Virus record (IMG/VR): IMGVR_UViG_3300032820_000075
Span: 1 to 29,078 of that record
DNA length: 29,078 bases
Strand: one strand, 5' to 3'
DNA from: a virus
Taxonomy: Duplodnaviria > Caudoviricetes
In this document: positions 1 to 6,864 of the stretch, piece by piece
Numbering within the stretch: the stretch's first letter is position 1
How the letters are laid out: each line of letters starts with the position of its first letter
Translations under genes and position numbers: made by a program
The notes under the pieces: generated by a model
The model's database searches: none
The model's input: the letters and a program-made list of their open reading frames with translations, nothing else
What the model was told of the DNA's origin: nothing

Positions 1-80
1 TTTTGAAAACGCGAGCATATACACAAGGGGCTGGCGCGGGCTGTCGGGGTGCGCCCTCTCGGGATTGACCCCCCCCCTGG
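1..80 (-). other. putative cos/packaging-site region preceding the (out-of-window) terminase small subunit
   Basis: Non-coding. The minus strand reads CCA-G9-TCAATCCCG...CAGCCCGCGCCAGCCCCTT...GCTCGCGTTTTCAAAA. This G-run plus GC box layout resembles the interval between HNH and terS in HK97-like cos phages. It lies at the end of the operon containing the HNH gene. Confidence 0.45.
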
Positions 81-83
81 GTG

Positions 84-311
84 CTAGTAGCTGCCCGGTC
101 CTTCGAGCGCCTCGAAGTCGGCGCGCGTGCCCTGGCCTTCGGGTCGCAAGCCGCAACGATCCCGGTAGCCGAGTGCACAACGTCGGCACATGATCCCAGC
201 ATACACGCCGAACGAGTAGCGCAGATCGACCGTGGTGTCGTGCCGCTTGCACCGTTCGCAGATCCCGCGCTCGATTGCCCTGGCAACGTAGGCCGCGTGT
301 CTGTCGTTCAT
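84..311 (-). CDS. small Cys-rich (CxxC...CxxC...C) putative zinc-finger protein, paralog of 325-591
   Basis: ATG at 311 with an AAGGA RBS; 75 aa MNDRHAAYVARAIERGICERCKRHD...CRRCALGYRDRC. Confidence 0.75.
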   Translation of the reverse strand: MNDRHAAYVARAIERGICERCKRHDTTVDLRYSFGVYAGIMCRRCALGYRDRCGLRPEGQGTRADFEALEGPGSY

Positions 312-496
312 CGCTGGTTCCTTTTCAGAATCGCGCGCCCTGGCCTTCAGGTCGCAAGCCGCAGCGATCCAGGTAGCCGAGCGCACAACGTCGGCACACG
401 ATCCCAGCATAGACGCCGAACGAGTAGCGCTCGTCGACCGTGGTGTCGTGCCGCTTGCACCGTTCGCAGATCCCGAACTCGATCGCCCTCGCGACG
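124..496. repeat. 165-bp direct repeat (124-288 / 332-496), 15 mismatches, from a tandem gene duplication
   Basis: Ungapped manual alignment with an offset of 208 bp. Confidence 0.95.
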
Positions 497-591
497 AGAC
501 GTTTGTGCCTCGCGATAAGCCGAATTACCTGTGCCCTGTCTTGATCGTTCATCGCCGCCAGGTCGTCGCGCGTAATTCCGAACGCGTTCAT
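325..591 (-). CDS. small Cys-rich putative zinc-finger protein, paralog of 84-311
   Basis: ATG at 591 overlaps the upstream stop (ATGA); MNAFGITRDD...GICERCKRHD...CRRCALGYLDRC. Confidence 0.75.
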   Translation of the reverse strand: MNAFGITRDDLAAMNDQDRAQVIRLIARHKRLVARAIEFGICERCKRHDTTVDERYSFGVYAGIVCRRCALGYLDRCGLRPEGQGARF

Positions 592-1460
592 CGCGTCACC
601 ATGTACGCCTTCTCGATCACGTCGCCGCCCTGCTGCCCCTTCATGTGCGGGGCGATCCAGATCACGCGGTGCGCCTTGCGACTGGGATACCACTGGGCGC
701 GATGATGCCCCGACACAATCCATCGGCGACGATACGCCCGACGCTGCCCGTCGTCCTCACTCGCGTCGGCGTTGGGTTCGCCCGTCGCCAGGCGTCGCAG
801 ACGCACAACGCGGATCTGTTGCTCTTTGTATGCGGCGAACTCTTTGCCGCGTCGCCACGCCCTCGGCAGCGTGCAGTCGTCGGTGTCGGTGTAGTGTGAG
901 TTGATCAGCGAAAGGATCGCGAGCGCCCATCGAACCGTACTGCGATCCCTGGCTCGGATGTCATCGGGAAACGTCTGCCCGTATCTGATGTGGACATCAT
1001 GCGCGATCGGCCAGGCATTATCAGGGCGTTCCATATGAACGACAACAGCGACGCCGTCATCCTGCCCGAGTAACTGGAGTCCGACCGCCTCGGCCTGCTC
1101 TGCGCTGCTGCCGTGCTGCCGTAGCTCGGTCTGAAACTCAGCCTCGAAGGCGAGATACATCGACCGAAACGGCAACAGGTCCGAGTCGATAACGTGCCTC
1201 GGCATCGGTGCGTCTGCCGCAAGGTTCGTCAGGTCGTGCGACAACGCGAACGTCTCGGCCGCTAGGATGCTCGACAAAAGATAGCCGCGCTCGCTGTCGC
1301 CGTAGGGTCGGTTGTCCAGGTGCACGAGCTTCCGCGCCGATGCCATCGCGACGGCAATGGTTCGTTGCTCCGCGATCGCCTTCCAAGGTTGATCGACGAA
1401 GTACTCGCCCCTGGCTCGACGCAAGGCGATCAACTGCCGCACTAGTGGATCGGCGCTCAC
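588..1460 (-). CDS. conserved phage hypothetical protein with C-terminal RWxVxGHxRxQW...WIxPHxKG motif
   Basis: GTG at 1460 is coupled to the upstream TGA (GTGA). The C-terminal RRWIVSGHHRAQWYPSRKAHRVIWIAPHMKG motif is one I recognise from phage hypothetical proteins. Confidence 0.8.
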   Translation of the reverse strand: MSADPLVRQLIALRRARGEYFVDQPWKAIAEQRTIAVAMASARKLVHLDNRPYGDSERGYLLSSILAAETFALSHDLTNLAADAPMPRHVIDSDLLPFRSMYLAFEAEFQTELRQHGSSAEQAEAVGLQLLGQDDGVAVVVHMERPDNAWPIAHDVHIRYGQTFPDDIRARDRSTVRWALAILSLINSHYTDTDDCTLPRAWRRGKEFAAYKEQQIRVVRLRRLATGEPNADASEDDGQRRAYRRRWIVSGHHRAQWYPSRKAHRVIWIAPHMKGQQGGDVIEKAYMVTR

Positions 1461-1687
1461 GTCCTCGAAGACTCGCCGCCGCGCGGCCTCACCGACGAGC
1501 GGCCCCGTGTAGGTGCAGCGCGTGACGTCTGCCCGGCGTCGGCCAGCAAGGGCGCAGAGCGCACGCCAGGCGGTCGTCGCCGCATGTCCGGCTGCGGTTG
1601 CTCGCCCCACCAGCAGACGGGGCAGGCGAAGTAGGTGCGCCCGTTGTCGAGATACCGATCGCACGGTCCCAGCGCGCAGCATGTCAA
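1457..1687 (-). CDS. small Cys-rich hypothetical protein
   Basis: TTGA and GTGA overlaps at both ends; CC...C...CPVC. Confidence 0.6.
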   Translation of the reverse strand: MTCCALGPCDRYLDNGRTYFACPVCWWGEQPQPDMRRRPPGVRSAPLLADAGQTSRAAPTRGRSSVRPRGGESSRT

Positions 1688-1866
1688 CGACTGCCCCGCG
1701 TGGTCGGCCCGTCGGGTCGCGCCTCGCGCGGCGCCTCGACCGCCGCCGGTTGCCAGCGGTTGATCAGGTCGACGCGGAGCACACAGATCTCGTGCTTGGT
1801 GGCGCGCACCTCGTCGACCAGGTCTTCGAGGGCGCGCAGCAGCCGTTCGGATTGTGACTCGGTCAT
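1684..1866 (-). CDS. small helical/coiled-coil hypothetical protein
   Basis: ATG at 1866 overlaps the upstream stop (ATGA); MTESQSERLLRALEDLVDEVRATKHEI. Confidence 0.65.
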   Translation of the reverse strand: MTESQSERLLRALEDLVDEVRATKHEICVLRVDLINRWQPAAVEAPREARPDGPTTRGSR

Positions 1867-1994
1867 GGTTTTGTTAGAAGCCGTGCCGGGATAACGCGGA
1901 CCGCGTTGCACAAGTCGCAACACCTGCCGACCTGGACTGGCTCGGCGTTGTGTCCGTAGCCGACGATCGTGATCTCACAAATGCAGCACTTCAT
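1863..1994 (-). CDS. 43-aa zinc-binding microprotein (not in ORF track)
   Basis: MKCCICEITIVGYGHNAEPVQVGRCCDLCNAVRVIPARLLTKP. ATGA overlaps at both ends. The CxxC-GYGxN-GRCCDxCN-VIPAR pattern is one I recognise from small phage proteins. Confidence 0.85.
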   Translation of the reverse strand: MKCCICEITIVGYGHNAEPVQVGRCCDLCNAVRVIPARLLTKP

Positions 1995-2221
1995 AGTTGA
2001 CCCTCGCAATAGCGCACGAGCGCGATCAGCTCGCGGCGATACGCCGCCACGTCGAGATCGCGCGGCGACTGGTTCCCGGTCGGCGGGTCGACAACGAGCT
2101 GCCCCGCGCGCACGACCACGTCGCGGCCGTCCTGTTCTAGTGAAAGCAGCAACACCAGGGCAGGAACAGACACGCGCAGGCCGCCGCGCAGGGCAACAGT
2201 CAAGGGCGCAGACTCGGGCAT
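1991..2221 (-). CDS. hypothetical protein, TubC N-terminal docking domain-like
   Basis: LLLSLEQDGRDVVVRAGQLVVDPP...AYRRELIALV pattern; TGATG/ATGA coupling. Confidence 0.6.
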   Translation of the reverse strand: MPESAPLTVALRGGLRVSVPALVLLLSLEQDGRDVVVRAGQLVVDPPTGNQSPRDLDVAAYRRELIALVRYCEGQL

Positions 2222-2724
2222 CAGCTCACGCGGGGCGGTGTCGTCGGCAGCGGAACGATCAACCGCCGTTGCAGCGGTTCGCCGCCACCGTTCGGCGGCT
2301 TCGTGATCGCCTGGTCGTGCGTCGCCAGAATGAGCGACTCGATCCGCTGCACCGCGCCGGGCAGGTCGGTAAACTGCCGCTTGAAATCTTCGAGCAGCAC
2401 GCGGATCTCGGCGAGGTCGGCGTCGACTTTATCCGACGAGGTCAGCATTGCCTCGACGCGCGCATCGGCCCGCGCTTGCTTCAACGTGCGCGCGGCGTCG
2501 CGCTTGGCCTGCACCTCGGCGCGGGCGGCGAGCTTCGTGCGCCACCGTTCGGCCTCGGCCTCGACGTCGGCGATCGTCGGGCGGATCTGATTGCGCCCAT
2601 ACTTACCGCCGGGCACCGACGGGAAGCGCCCGGCCTCGGCCCAGGTGCGGATCGTGGTCGGCGTGACGCCGATCATCTCGGCGGCTTGCTTGCTGTCAAT
2701 ACGTAGAAGCGATCGATCGGTCAT
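2221..2724 (-). CDS. MerR/HTH_17-type DNA-binding protein with coiled-coil C-terminus
   Basis: SKQAAEMIGVTPTTIRTWAEAGRFPS winged HTH; ATG at 2724 overlaps the HNH stop. Confidence 0.75.
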   Translation of the reverse strand: MTDRSLLRIDSKQAAEMIGVTPTTIRTWAEAGRFPSVPGGKYGRNQIRPTIADVEAEAERWRTKLAARAEVQAKRDAARTLKQARADARVEAMLTSSDKVDADLAEIRVLLEDFKRQFTDLPGAVQRIESLILATHDQAITKPPNGGGEPLQRRLIVPLPTTPPRVS

Positions 2725-3110
2725 GCGGTGTTCTCCCTCTGGAAGCGGCTCGGGCGGCGAGCCTTGGTTTCGGCGAGCGTTTTGCGCGAGTGGCACGGCT
2801 TGCAGAGCGGCTGCCAGTTGTCGCGCGTCCAGAACCGATCGAAGTCGCCATCATGCGGCACGACATGATCCAGTTCGGTCGCGCGCACTTCCCGGCCCGC
2901 TGTCAGGCACGTCGCGCAGAAAGGGTGCTTCCGTAGGAACCCGGCGCGCGCTTTGCGCCAGGCGGTCGAGTACATGCGCTGCGTCGGGCGTTTCGGCTTG
3001 AGCCGGGCGACGACCTGGCCGCGCGCCTTGATGCACTCCGCGCAGCGCCAGGTGCCGTAGACCAGGACGCGACGACAGATCCGGCACGGGCGCGGTAGCG
3101 GGTCAGCCAT
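2721..3110 (-). CDS. HNH endonuclease (HK97 gp74-like terminase-associated type)
   Basis: YSTAWRKARAGFLRKHPFCATC...ATELDHVVPHDGDFDRFWTRDNWQPLCKPCHSRKT. Confidence 0.93.
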   Translation of the reverse strand: MADPLPRPCRICRRVLVYGTWRCAECIKARGQVVARLKPKRPTQRMYSTAWRKARAGFLRKHPFCATCLTAGREVRATELDHVVPHDGDFDRFWTRDNWQPLCKPCHSRKTLAETKARRPSRFQRENTA

Positions 3111-3660
3111 CGCAGCCCCGCAGGTGCTCGACGAGCGCCCGCACTTCGGCGACGTCGAGCGTCAAACTGTAGGCCGCCTTGACGCGCAGCCAGCGGCGAC
3201 CGTAGTGGCACCCGTCGACCGTCGGCCACCAGGTCGCCGGATCGCGGTCGCCCTTCGAGCGGTTGACCGAGGCCGAGCTGAGATCAAGGTTCAGCCGGTC
3301 GAGCGCGAAGCCGCGCCGCATCACCGTCGGCCAGGCGCTCGCGCCGGAGCGGTGCGCCTCGGCCAGCGGCACGATGTGGTCGACGTCTATCTGCCCGGCG
3401 TCGGTGAGCGGTGCGCCCGTGTACGGGTCGACCCACGCGCCGCCGACGACACGGCAGTCGCGCGTCGTGGCAAACGTCACCGGCTCGGCGCTCGCGGCAA
3501 TCAACAGCTCGGCGCGCAGGTTTTGACAGTCGCGATCCGTGTCCGGCCAGCCGACGAAGTAGTCGGCCCGGTCGTAGCCGGTCGGCTCAGGCGCGATCAT
3601 TCGCACCCCACCGACGACGACGAGCGCCGACACCGCCGCGCCGATCGCCGTGCGCCGCAT
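3103..3660 (-). CDS. DUF1524 (GmrSD C-terminal-like) HNH nuclease with N-terminal signal/membrane anchor
   Basis: WVDPYTG...IDVDHIVPLAEAHRSGA.W...NL...SVNRSKGDRDPATWWP...C.Y...W..VK..Y.L. The N-terminus MRRTAIGAAVSALVVVGG is basic then hydrophobic. Confidence 0.88.
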   Translation of the reverse strand: MRRTAIGAAVSALVVVGGVRMIAPEPTGYDRADYFVGWPDTDRDCQNLRAELLIAASAEPVTFATTRDCRVVGGAWVDPYTGAPLTDAGQIDVDHIVPLAEAHRSGASAWPTVMRRGFALDRLNLDLSSASVNRSKGDRDPATWWPTVDGCHYGRRWLRVKAAYSLTLDVAEVRALVEHLRGCDG

Positions 3661-3833
3661 CACATACCGCCCGGCCACGGTCGACGCCTGGCGCGCGCGA
3701 GCGTTTCATGGGTGACGCGCATTTCGAGCCGCGCCCGTTCCTCGATCGGCAACCGCGCGCGCCACCGATACCAGATCCACAACGCGCGCACGCGTCCGAG
3801 AACCGCCGACACCGGCCAGACTTCGATCGTCAT
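3660..3833 (-). CDS. 57-aa hypothetical protein (not in ORF track)
   Basis: MTIEVWPVSAVLGRVRALWIWYRWRARLPIEERARLEMRVTHETLARARRRPWPGGM; fills the operon gap with TGATG coupling to the next gene. Confidence 0.6.
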   Translation of the reverse strand: MTIEVWPVSAVLGRVRALWIWYRWRARLPIEERARLEMRVTHETLARARRRPWPGGM

Positions 3834-3839
3834 CGTCGA

Positions 3840-4145
3840 TCACCCCGTCTCGTTGCGTGCGTACCACTCGCGCAAGTGGATCGCGAGCGTGTCTGCTGGT
3901 CGCCCGGTGCCCGTCGTGCACTGGTCGCAACCCTTGCAGACGCCATGCGAAATGTTCCACGCATACGTCCAGGCGCGCGCCTTCGAGGCGATATACGGAT
4001 TCGCCCACCGTGCGACGCCGCGCTGCTCTGCCAGTCGCGCGTGCCGCATCGTGTCGCGGACGTGTTCGTTGCCCATGCGTCGCAGCACGGCAGAGCGCCG
4101 ATCGGGTGCGACGTAGGCGCGGCGCGGGTTGTTGACCCCTGGCAC
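3840..4145 (-). CDS. hypothetical protein (NPY...AW...W, CxxCxxC)
   Basis: GTG start just after the upstream stop with a GAGGA RBS; fits the operon. Confidence 0.6.
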   Translation of the reverse strand: MPGVNNPRRAYVAPDRRSAVLRRMGNEHVRDTMRHARLAEQRGVARWANPYIASKARAWTYAWNISHGVCKGCDQCTTGTGRPADTLAIHLREWYARNETG

Positions 4146-4146
4146 G

Positions 4147-4467
4147 TCATTCCTCGTCGCCGCCCGGCGGCTCGCCGTGCAGGTCGATCCAGTCCGACCA
4201 GCGCACCACGACCAGCGCGTCGCGTCGTGGTCGCCGGGGCCGGTTTAACACCAGCACGCCGATCTGGTGGCGGCGTTCCGACACACGCCGAACCCCGTCG
4301 AGCCAGTCGAACAGATATTTCGGGATCACCTTCCGCACTTTGAGCTGATACCCGAATAGCCCCGACGTGAAGTCAGCGCCGTCGCGTTCGCCCGTCACCG
4401 GAATCCGTTGTGTACCGACGTCGCGGGCGTGCGCCCGTTCGGCGGCTTTCCAGCTCGCGTTCGTCAT
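4147..4467 (-). CDS. putative Holliday-junction resolvase, PD-(D/E)xK fold
   Basis: WKAAERAHA...RIPVTG...GAD......YQLKVR...ALVVVRWSDW; ATGA coupling; position after the replication genes. Confidence 0.7.
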   Translation of the reverse strand: MTNASWKAAERAHARDVGTQRIPVTGERDGADFTSGLFGYQLKVRKVIPKYLFDWLDGVRRVSERRHQIGVLVLNRPRRPRRDALVVVRWSDWIDLHGEPPGGDEE

Positions 4468-5081
4468 CGCCGCCCCCGCGATTGCGCGTTGCTGGTTTGT
4501 CGAATGGCCGCCCGTGCGCGGCGGGCCGCGATCGTCTCGTTCGTGTCGACACAGGCGCACCGCTCGACGTAGTCGTGCTCGTAGTCGCTGCCGAGTGGCG
4601 CGCAGGCAAACCGCCCGCAGCGCGTGGCCGCCGTGCACATGCGCGGACGCCAGCCGGAGTCGTCGCACACGTCGCACGATGGCGGCACCGGGATCGCAAT
4701 GCGCCCGGCCTCGATGGTATCGGCGAGCTTCGCCCACCCGCGCGCCCGGAGCTGCGCGACGCAGGCGGCTTTCGCGAGCTGCACGCGGGCCACCTGGCCG
4801 GGCGTCGCGTTCGGCATCTGCGCGACCAGGCGCGCGGGCGGCGCGTGCTTCGAGGCGACCGCCTCGGCAGCGAGCGCCCACTCGGAGACGGTCGGCATAT
4901 ACCGCCCGGTGCGTTGCAACTGCGAGGCGGCGTCGACAATCGCCGCGACCGGCAGATCGGCCAACGCCTCGTAGTAGATCTGTCGCTGGTCGGCTCCGCC
5001 GTCACGCGAGGCGGGCACGCGAAACGCGAGCGCCAGGCCGTCGTAGGCGTGCGCGAACGCCGGGGCATCGGTCGTCGTCAC
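4464..5081 (-). CDS. putative helicase loader/inhibitor (G39P-like N-terminus) with C-terminal zinc finger
   Basis: YYEALADLPVAAIVDAASQLQRTGRYMPTVSEW; C-terminal CDVCDDSGW...ERCAC; GTG at 5081 coupled to the upstream TGA. Confidence 0.7.
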   Translation of the reverse strand: MTTTDAPAFAHAYDGLALAFRVPASRDGGADQRQIYYEALADLPVAAIVDAASQLQRTGRYMPTVSEWALAAEAVASKHAPPARLVAQMPNATPGQVARVQLAKAACVAQLRARGWAKLADTIEAGRIAIPVPPSCDVCDDSGWRPRMCTAATRCGRFACAPLGSDYEHDYVERCACVDTNETIAARRARAAIRQTSNAQSRGRR

Positions 5082-5419
5082 TTGAGCCGCTCCAGGAATT
5101 GCGCGCTCGCCGCCGCGAAGGTGTCCGGCGCAGGCGCGTCGCCGAGGTACTGGTTGATCCGATTGCCGCCCGCGAACACCTCGAACGGGTGCCGCCGTTT
5201 CGTCAGGTAGGGATCGTCGTCGGCGACATACCGGGCCGCCGCCGCCGCCACCTCGTCGCGCGTGAGTCCGAATGCGATCAGCCCCTTCGCCACTTTGCCC
5301 AGCCTCGGCCCGAACCCGAGATACGGGCGGCCATACCGGACGCGCCACGCCTGATCGAACGCCGCGAAGGCATCCGGCACCGTCAAGGCAGGGTTCGGCC
5401 GTTCGGCACGTTCTGGCAT
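5078..5419 (-). CDS. replication-initiator C-terminal-domain-like protein
   Basis: FDQAWRVRYGRPY...ARYVADDDPYLTKRRHPFEVF...INQY resembles the C-terminal domains of phage replisome organisers. AAAGG RBS; directly upstream of the loader-like gene. Confidence 0.55.
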   Translation of the reverse strand: MPERAERPNPALTVPDAFAAFDQAWRVRYGRPYLGFGPRLGKVAKGLIAFGLTRDEVAAAAARYVADDDPYLTKRRHPFEVFAGGNRINQYLGDAPAPDTFAAASAQFLERLK

Positions 5420-5441
5420 TCTTGCGCCTTTCGTACACGGT

Positions 5442-5652
5442 ACGACTTAGGCCCACACCGGCAAATCGTCGCGGGTTTGCCGTTGATCTCTCGCCTATGC
5501 TGCGCGGCCTGGCGGTCATAGTCCCGCCGTGGTGCTCGCTTCGTCGCCCGACCACGTCGGCCCCTGGGTGTCAGGTGATACCGCACGCCGTCGCACCGAG
5601 GCCAGGGTGTCGCGGATCAAACGCGACAGCCGGGATCGCACCGGCAAGTCGT
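5442..5652. ncRNA. candidate structured RNA or ssDNA element (multi-way junction)
   Basis: Intergenic. Helices: 5442-5448/5646-5652, 5449-5453/5506-5510, 5459-5465/5476-5482, 5511-5515/5524-5528, 5529-5533/5551-5555, 5562-5567/5602-5607, 5608-5614/5622-5628, 5629-5633/5641-5645. Confidence 0.55.
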
Positions 5653-5659
5653 CAACCCT

Positions 5660-5869
5660 TTACTTGGCCCCACCATTGCCGCTCGCAGATCTGCCGCGCC
5701 GTGTGGTCGGCGCGCTGCTCGCGGTCGCTTTTTGTATCCCGCCCGACCGTCGGCGGCGTTGCGCGTCGCGGTTCTTACACCGCCGCGAGCAATACTTCTG
5801 CGCGGCCGTTCTCGGCGTCATGATCCACACGCCGCACGCCGCGCACCGAATCGCATCAGACTCGAACAC
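5660..5869 (-). CDS. small CGNR-like zinc-finger protein
   Basis: CAACG...QKYCSRRCKNRDAQRRRR. Confidence 0.75.
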   Translation of the reverse strand: MFESDAIRCAACGVWIMTPRTAAQKYCSRRCKNRDAQRRRRSGGIQKATASSAPTTRRGRSASGNGGAK

Positions 5870-5878
5870 CTGATGCCC

Positions 5879-6649
5879 TCAGAACACGATCTCTTGTCGC
5901 CACTTCCAGAGCCGCAGGATCGCGTCGCACGCGGGCCATAATTCCTCAAGGCTCGGCACCGCCGCGACTTCGACGTCGGGATCGCCGACGACCTTCGGCA
6001 ACCGGATCACGACGGCCCCATCGACCGCCCCGTGCCCCATCTCGGCGAGCGCGACCTGATAAAAGGCCGACTGTAGGAACGCTTCCTCGCGATAAATCCG
6101 CTTGCCGGTTTTGAAGTCGATCAGGAGTCGCTGCCCGGCCACGGTCGCGACGAGATCGAGCGTGCCCGCGTACTGGTGCGTGGTCGAATACACGACCTGC
6201 TCGACCAGTTCGGGTTTGATCGTGTCGCCTGCCCAGTCCTCGAAGCGACTGACGGCCCAGCGCGCCGGATCGCTGACGTCCGGCTCGGGGCCGAGCGTCT
6301 GCCCGAGTCTGATCCGCAGCCGGTGTTCGATCAGCCCGTGCGCCTCGCTGCCGATGTTGCCCGCGCTCTTGAGTTGCTGCGTGTGCGCCTTCGGGCCGAG
6401 TTGCTTCGACAGCGTGCTCGCGAACTTGGTGCCGGTGATCGTGCTCTGGTGCGCGCGCAGCCCGTCGTAGAGCTGCCCGGCAACGCCGACCACGTAGTCG
6501 CGCTCGACCTTCGCGGCCCACGGCACGAGCGCCGGTTTGCTGAGCAACCCGAGCATCGTCGTCACGCCGACATAAAACTCGTTCTCGATCTCGTACTGCC
6601 GCCCGGCTTTTGTCTGCCGACGGTTTGCGGTTGTGACGGTCGGCGTCAT
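5879..6649 (-). CDS. PD-(D/E)xK exonuclease (RecB/Cas4-like phage recombination nuclease)
   Basis: VGVTTML..LSKPALVPW, GSEAHGLIE, VEQVVYS....YAGTLDL, IDFKTG, LQSAFY; ATG at 6649 with ATGA overlap. Confidence 0.9.
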   Translation of the reverse strand: MTPTVTTANRRQTKAGRQYEIENEFYVGVTTMLGLLSKPALVPWAAKVERDYVVGVAGQLYDGLRAHQSTITGTKFASTLSKQLGPKAHTQQLKSAGNIGSEAHGLIEHRLRIRLGQTLGPEPDVSDPARWAVSRFEDWAGDTIKPELVEQVVYSTTHQYAGTLDLVATVAGQRLLIDFKTGKRIYREEAFLQSAFYQVALAEMGHGAVDGAVVIRLPKVVGDPDVEVAAVPSLEELWPACDAILRLWKWRQEIVF

Positions 6650-6864
6650 GCCTGCGCCTCGTTCACTAAATTCAGATCGCCGCGCCGGAGCAGGATGGTA
6701 TCGACGCAGCCCTCGGTCGGGCACGTCCCGATCGCGGTGACGTAGCCGACGGGTCGCCAGTTCTGCGAACGCCCGATGCCCTCTAGCTCGGTGCCCGCCT
6801 TGACCGTGAGCGGCTCGCCGCAGCTGACACAGTGCGACGGCTGGTAGGCGTAGGTCGTCGGCAT
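6646..6864 (-). CDS. small zinc-ribbon protein
   Basis: CVSCG...CPTEGC; TAATG and ATGA coupling. Confidence 0.7.
   Translation of the reverse strand: MPTTYAYQPSHCVSCGEPLTVKAGTELEGIGRSQNWRPVGYVTAIGTCPTEGCVDTILLRRGDLNLVNEAQA

Noticed and set aside
124-496. Diversity-generating retroelement TR/VR pair
   Set aside because: The mismatches are not confined to adenines of one copy (they include C/G changes), over half are synonymous, both copies are coding, and no reverse transcriptase is present.
2721-3660. Homing endonucleases or a mobile intron
   Set aside because: No interrupted host gene is present. One protein matches the terminase-associated HNH type and the other the DUF1524 type.
3124-5521. 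Long plus-strand ORFs (for example 3124-4116, 4367-5521, 9030-10043, 12335-13393)
   Set aside because: These are Arg/Ala/Pro-rich antisense shadows of well-supported minus-strand genes in GC-rich DNA.
5383-5586. 67-aa minus-strand ORF across the structured region
   Set aside because: GTG start without an RBS, Arg-rich composition typical of shadow ORFs, and overlap with the next gene start. It is not formally excluded.
5879-6649. cas4 gene indicating a CRISPR-Cas system
   Set aside because: It lacks the Cas4 Fe-S cysteine cluster, there are no other cas genes or array, and its context is a phage recombination module.
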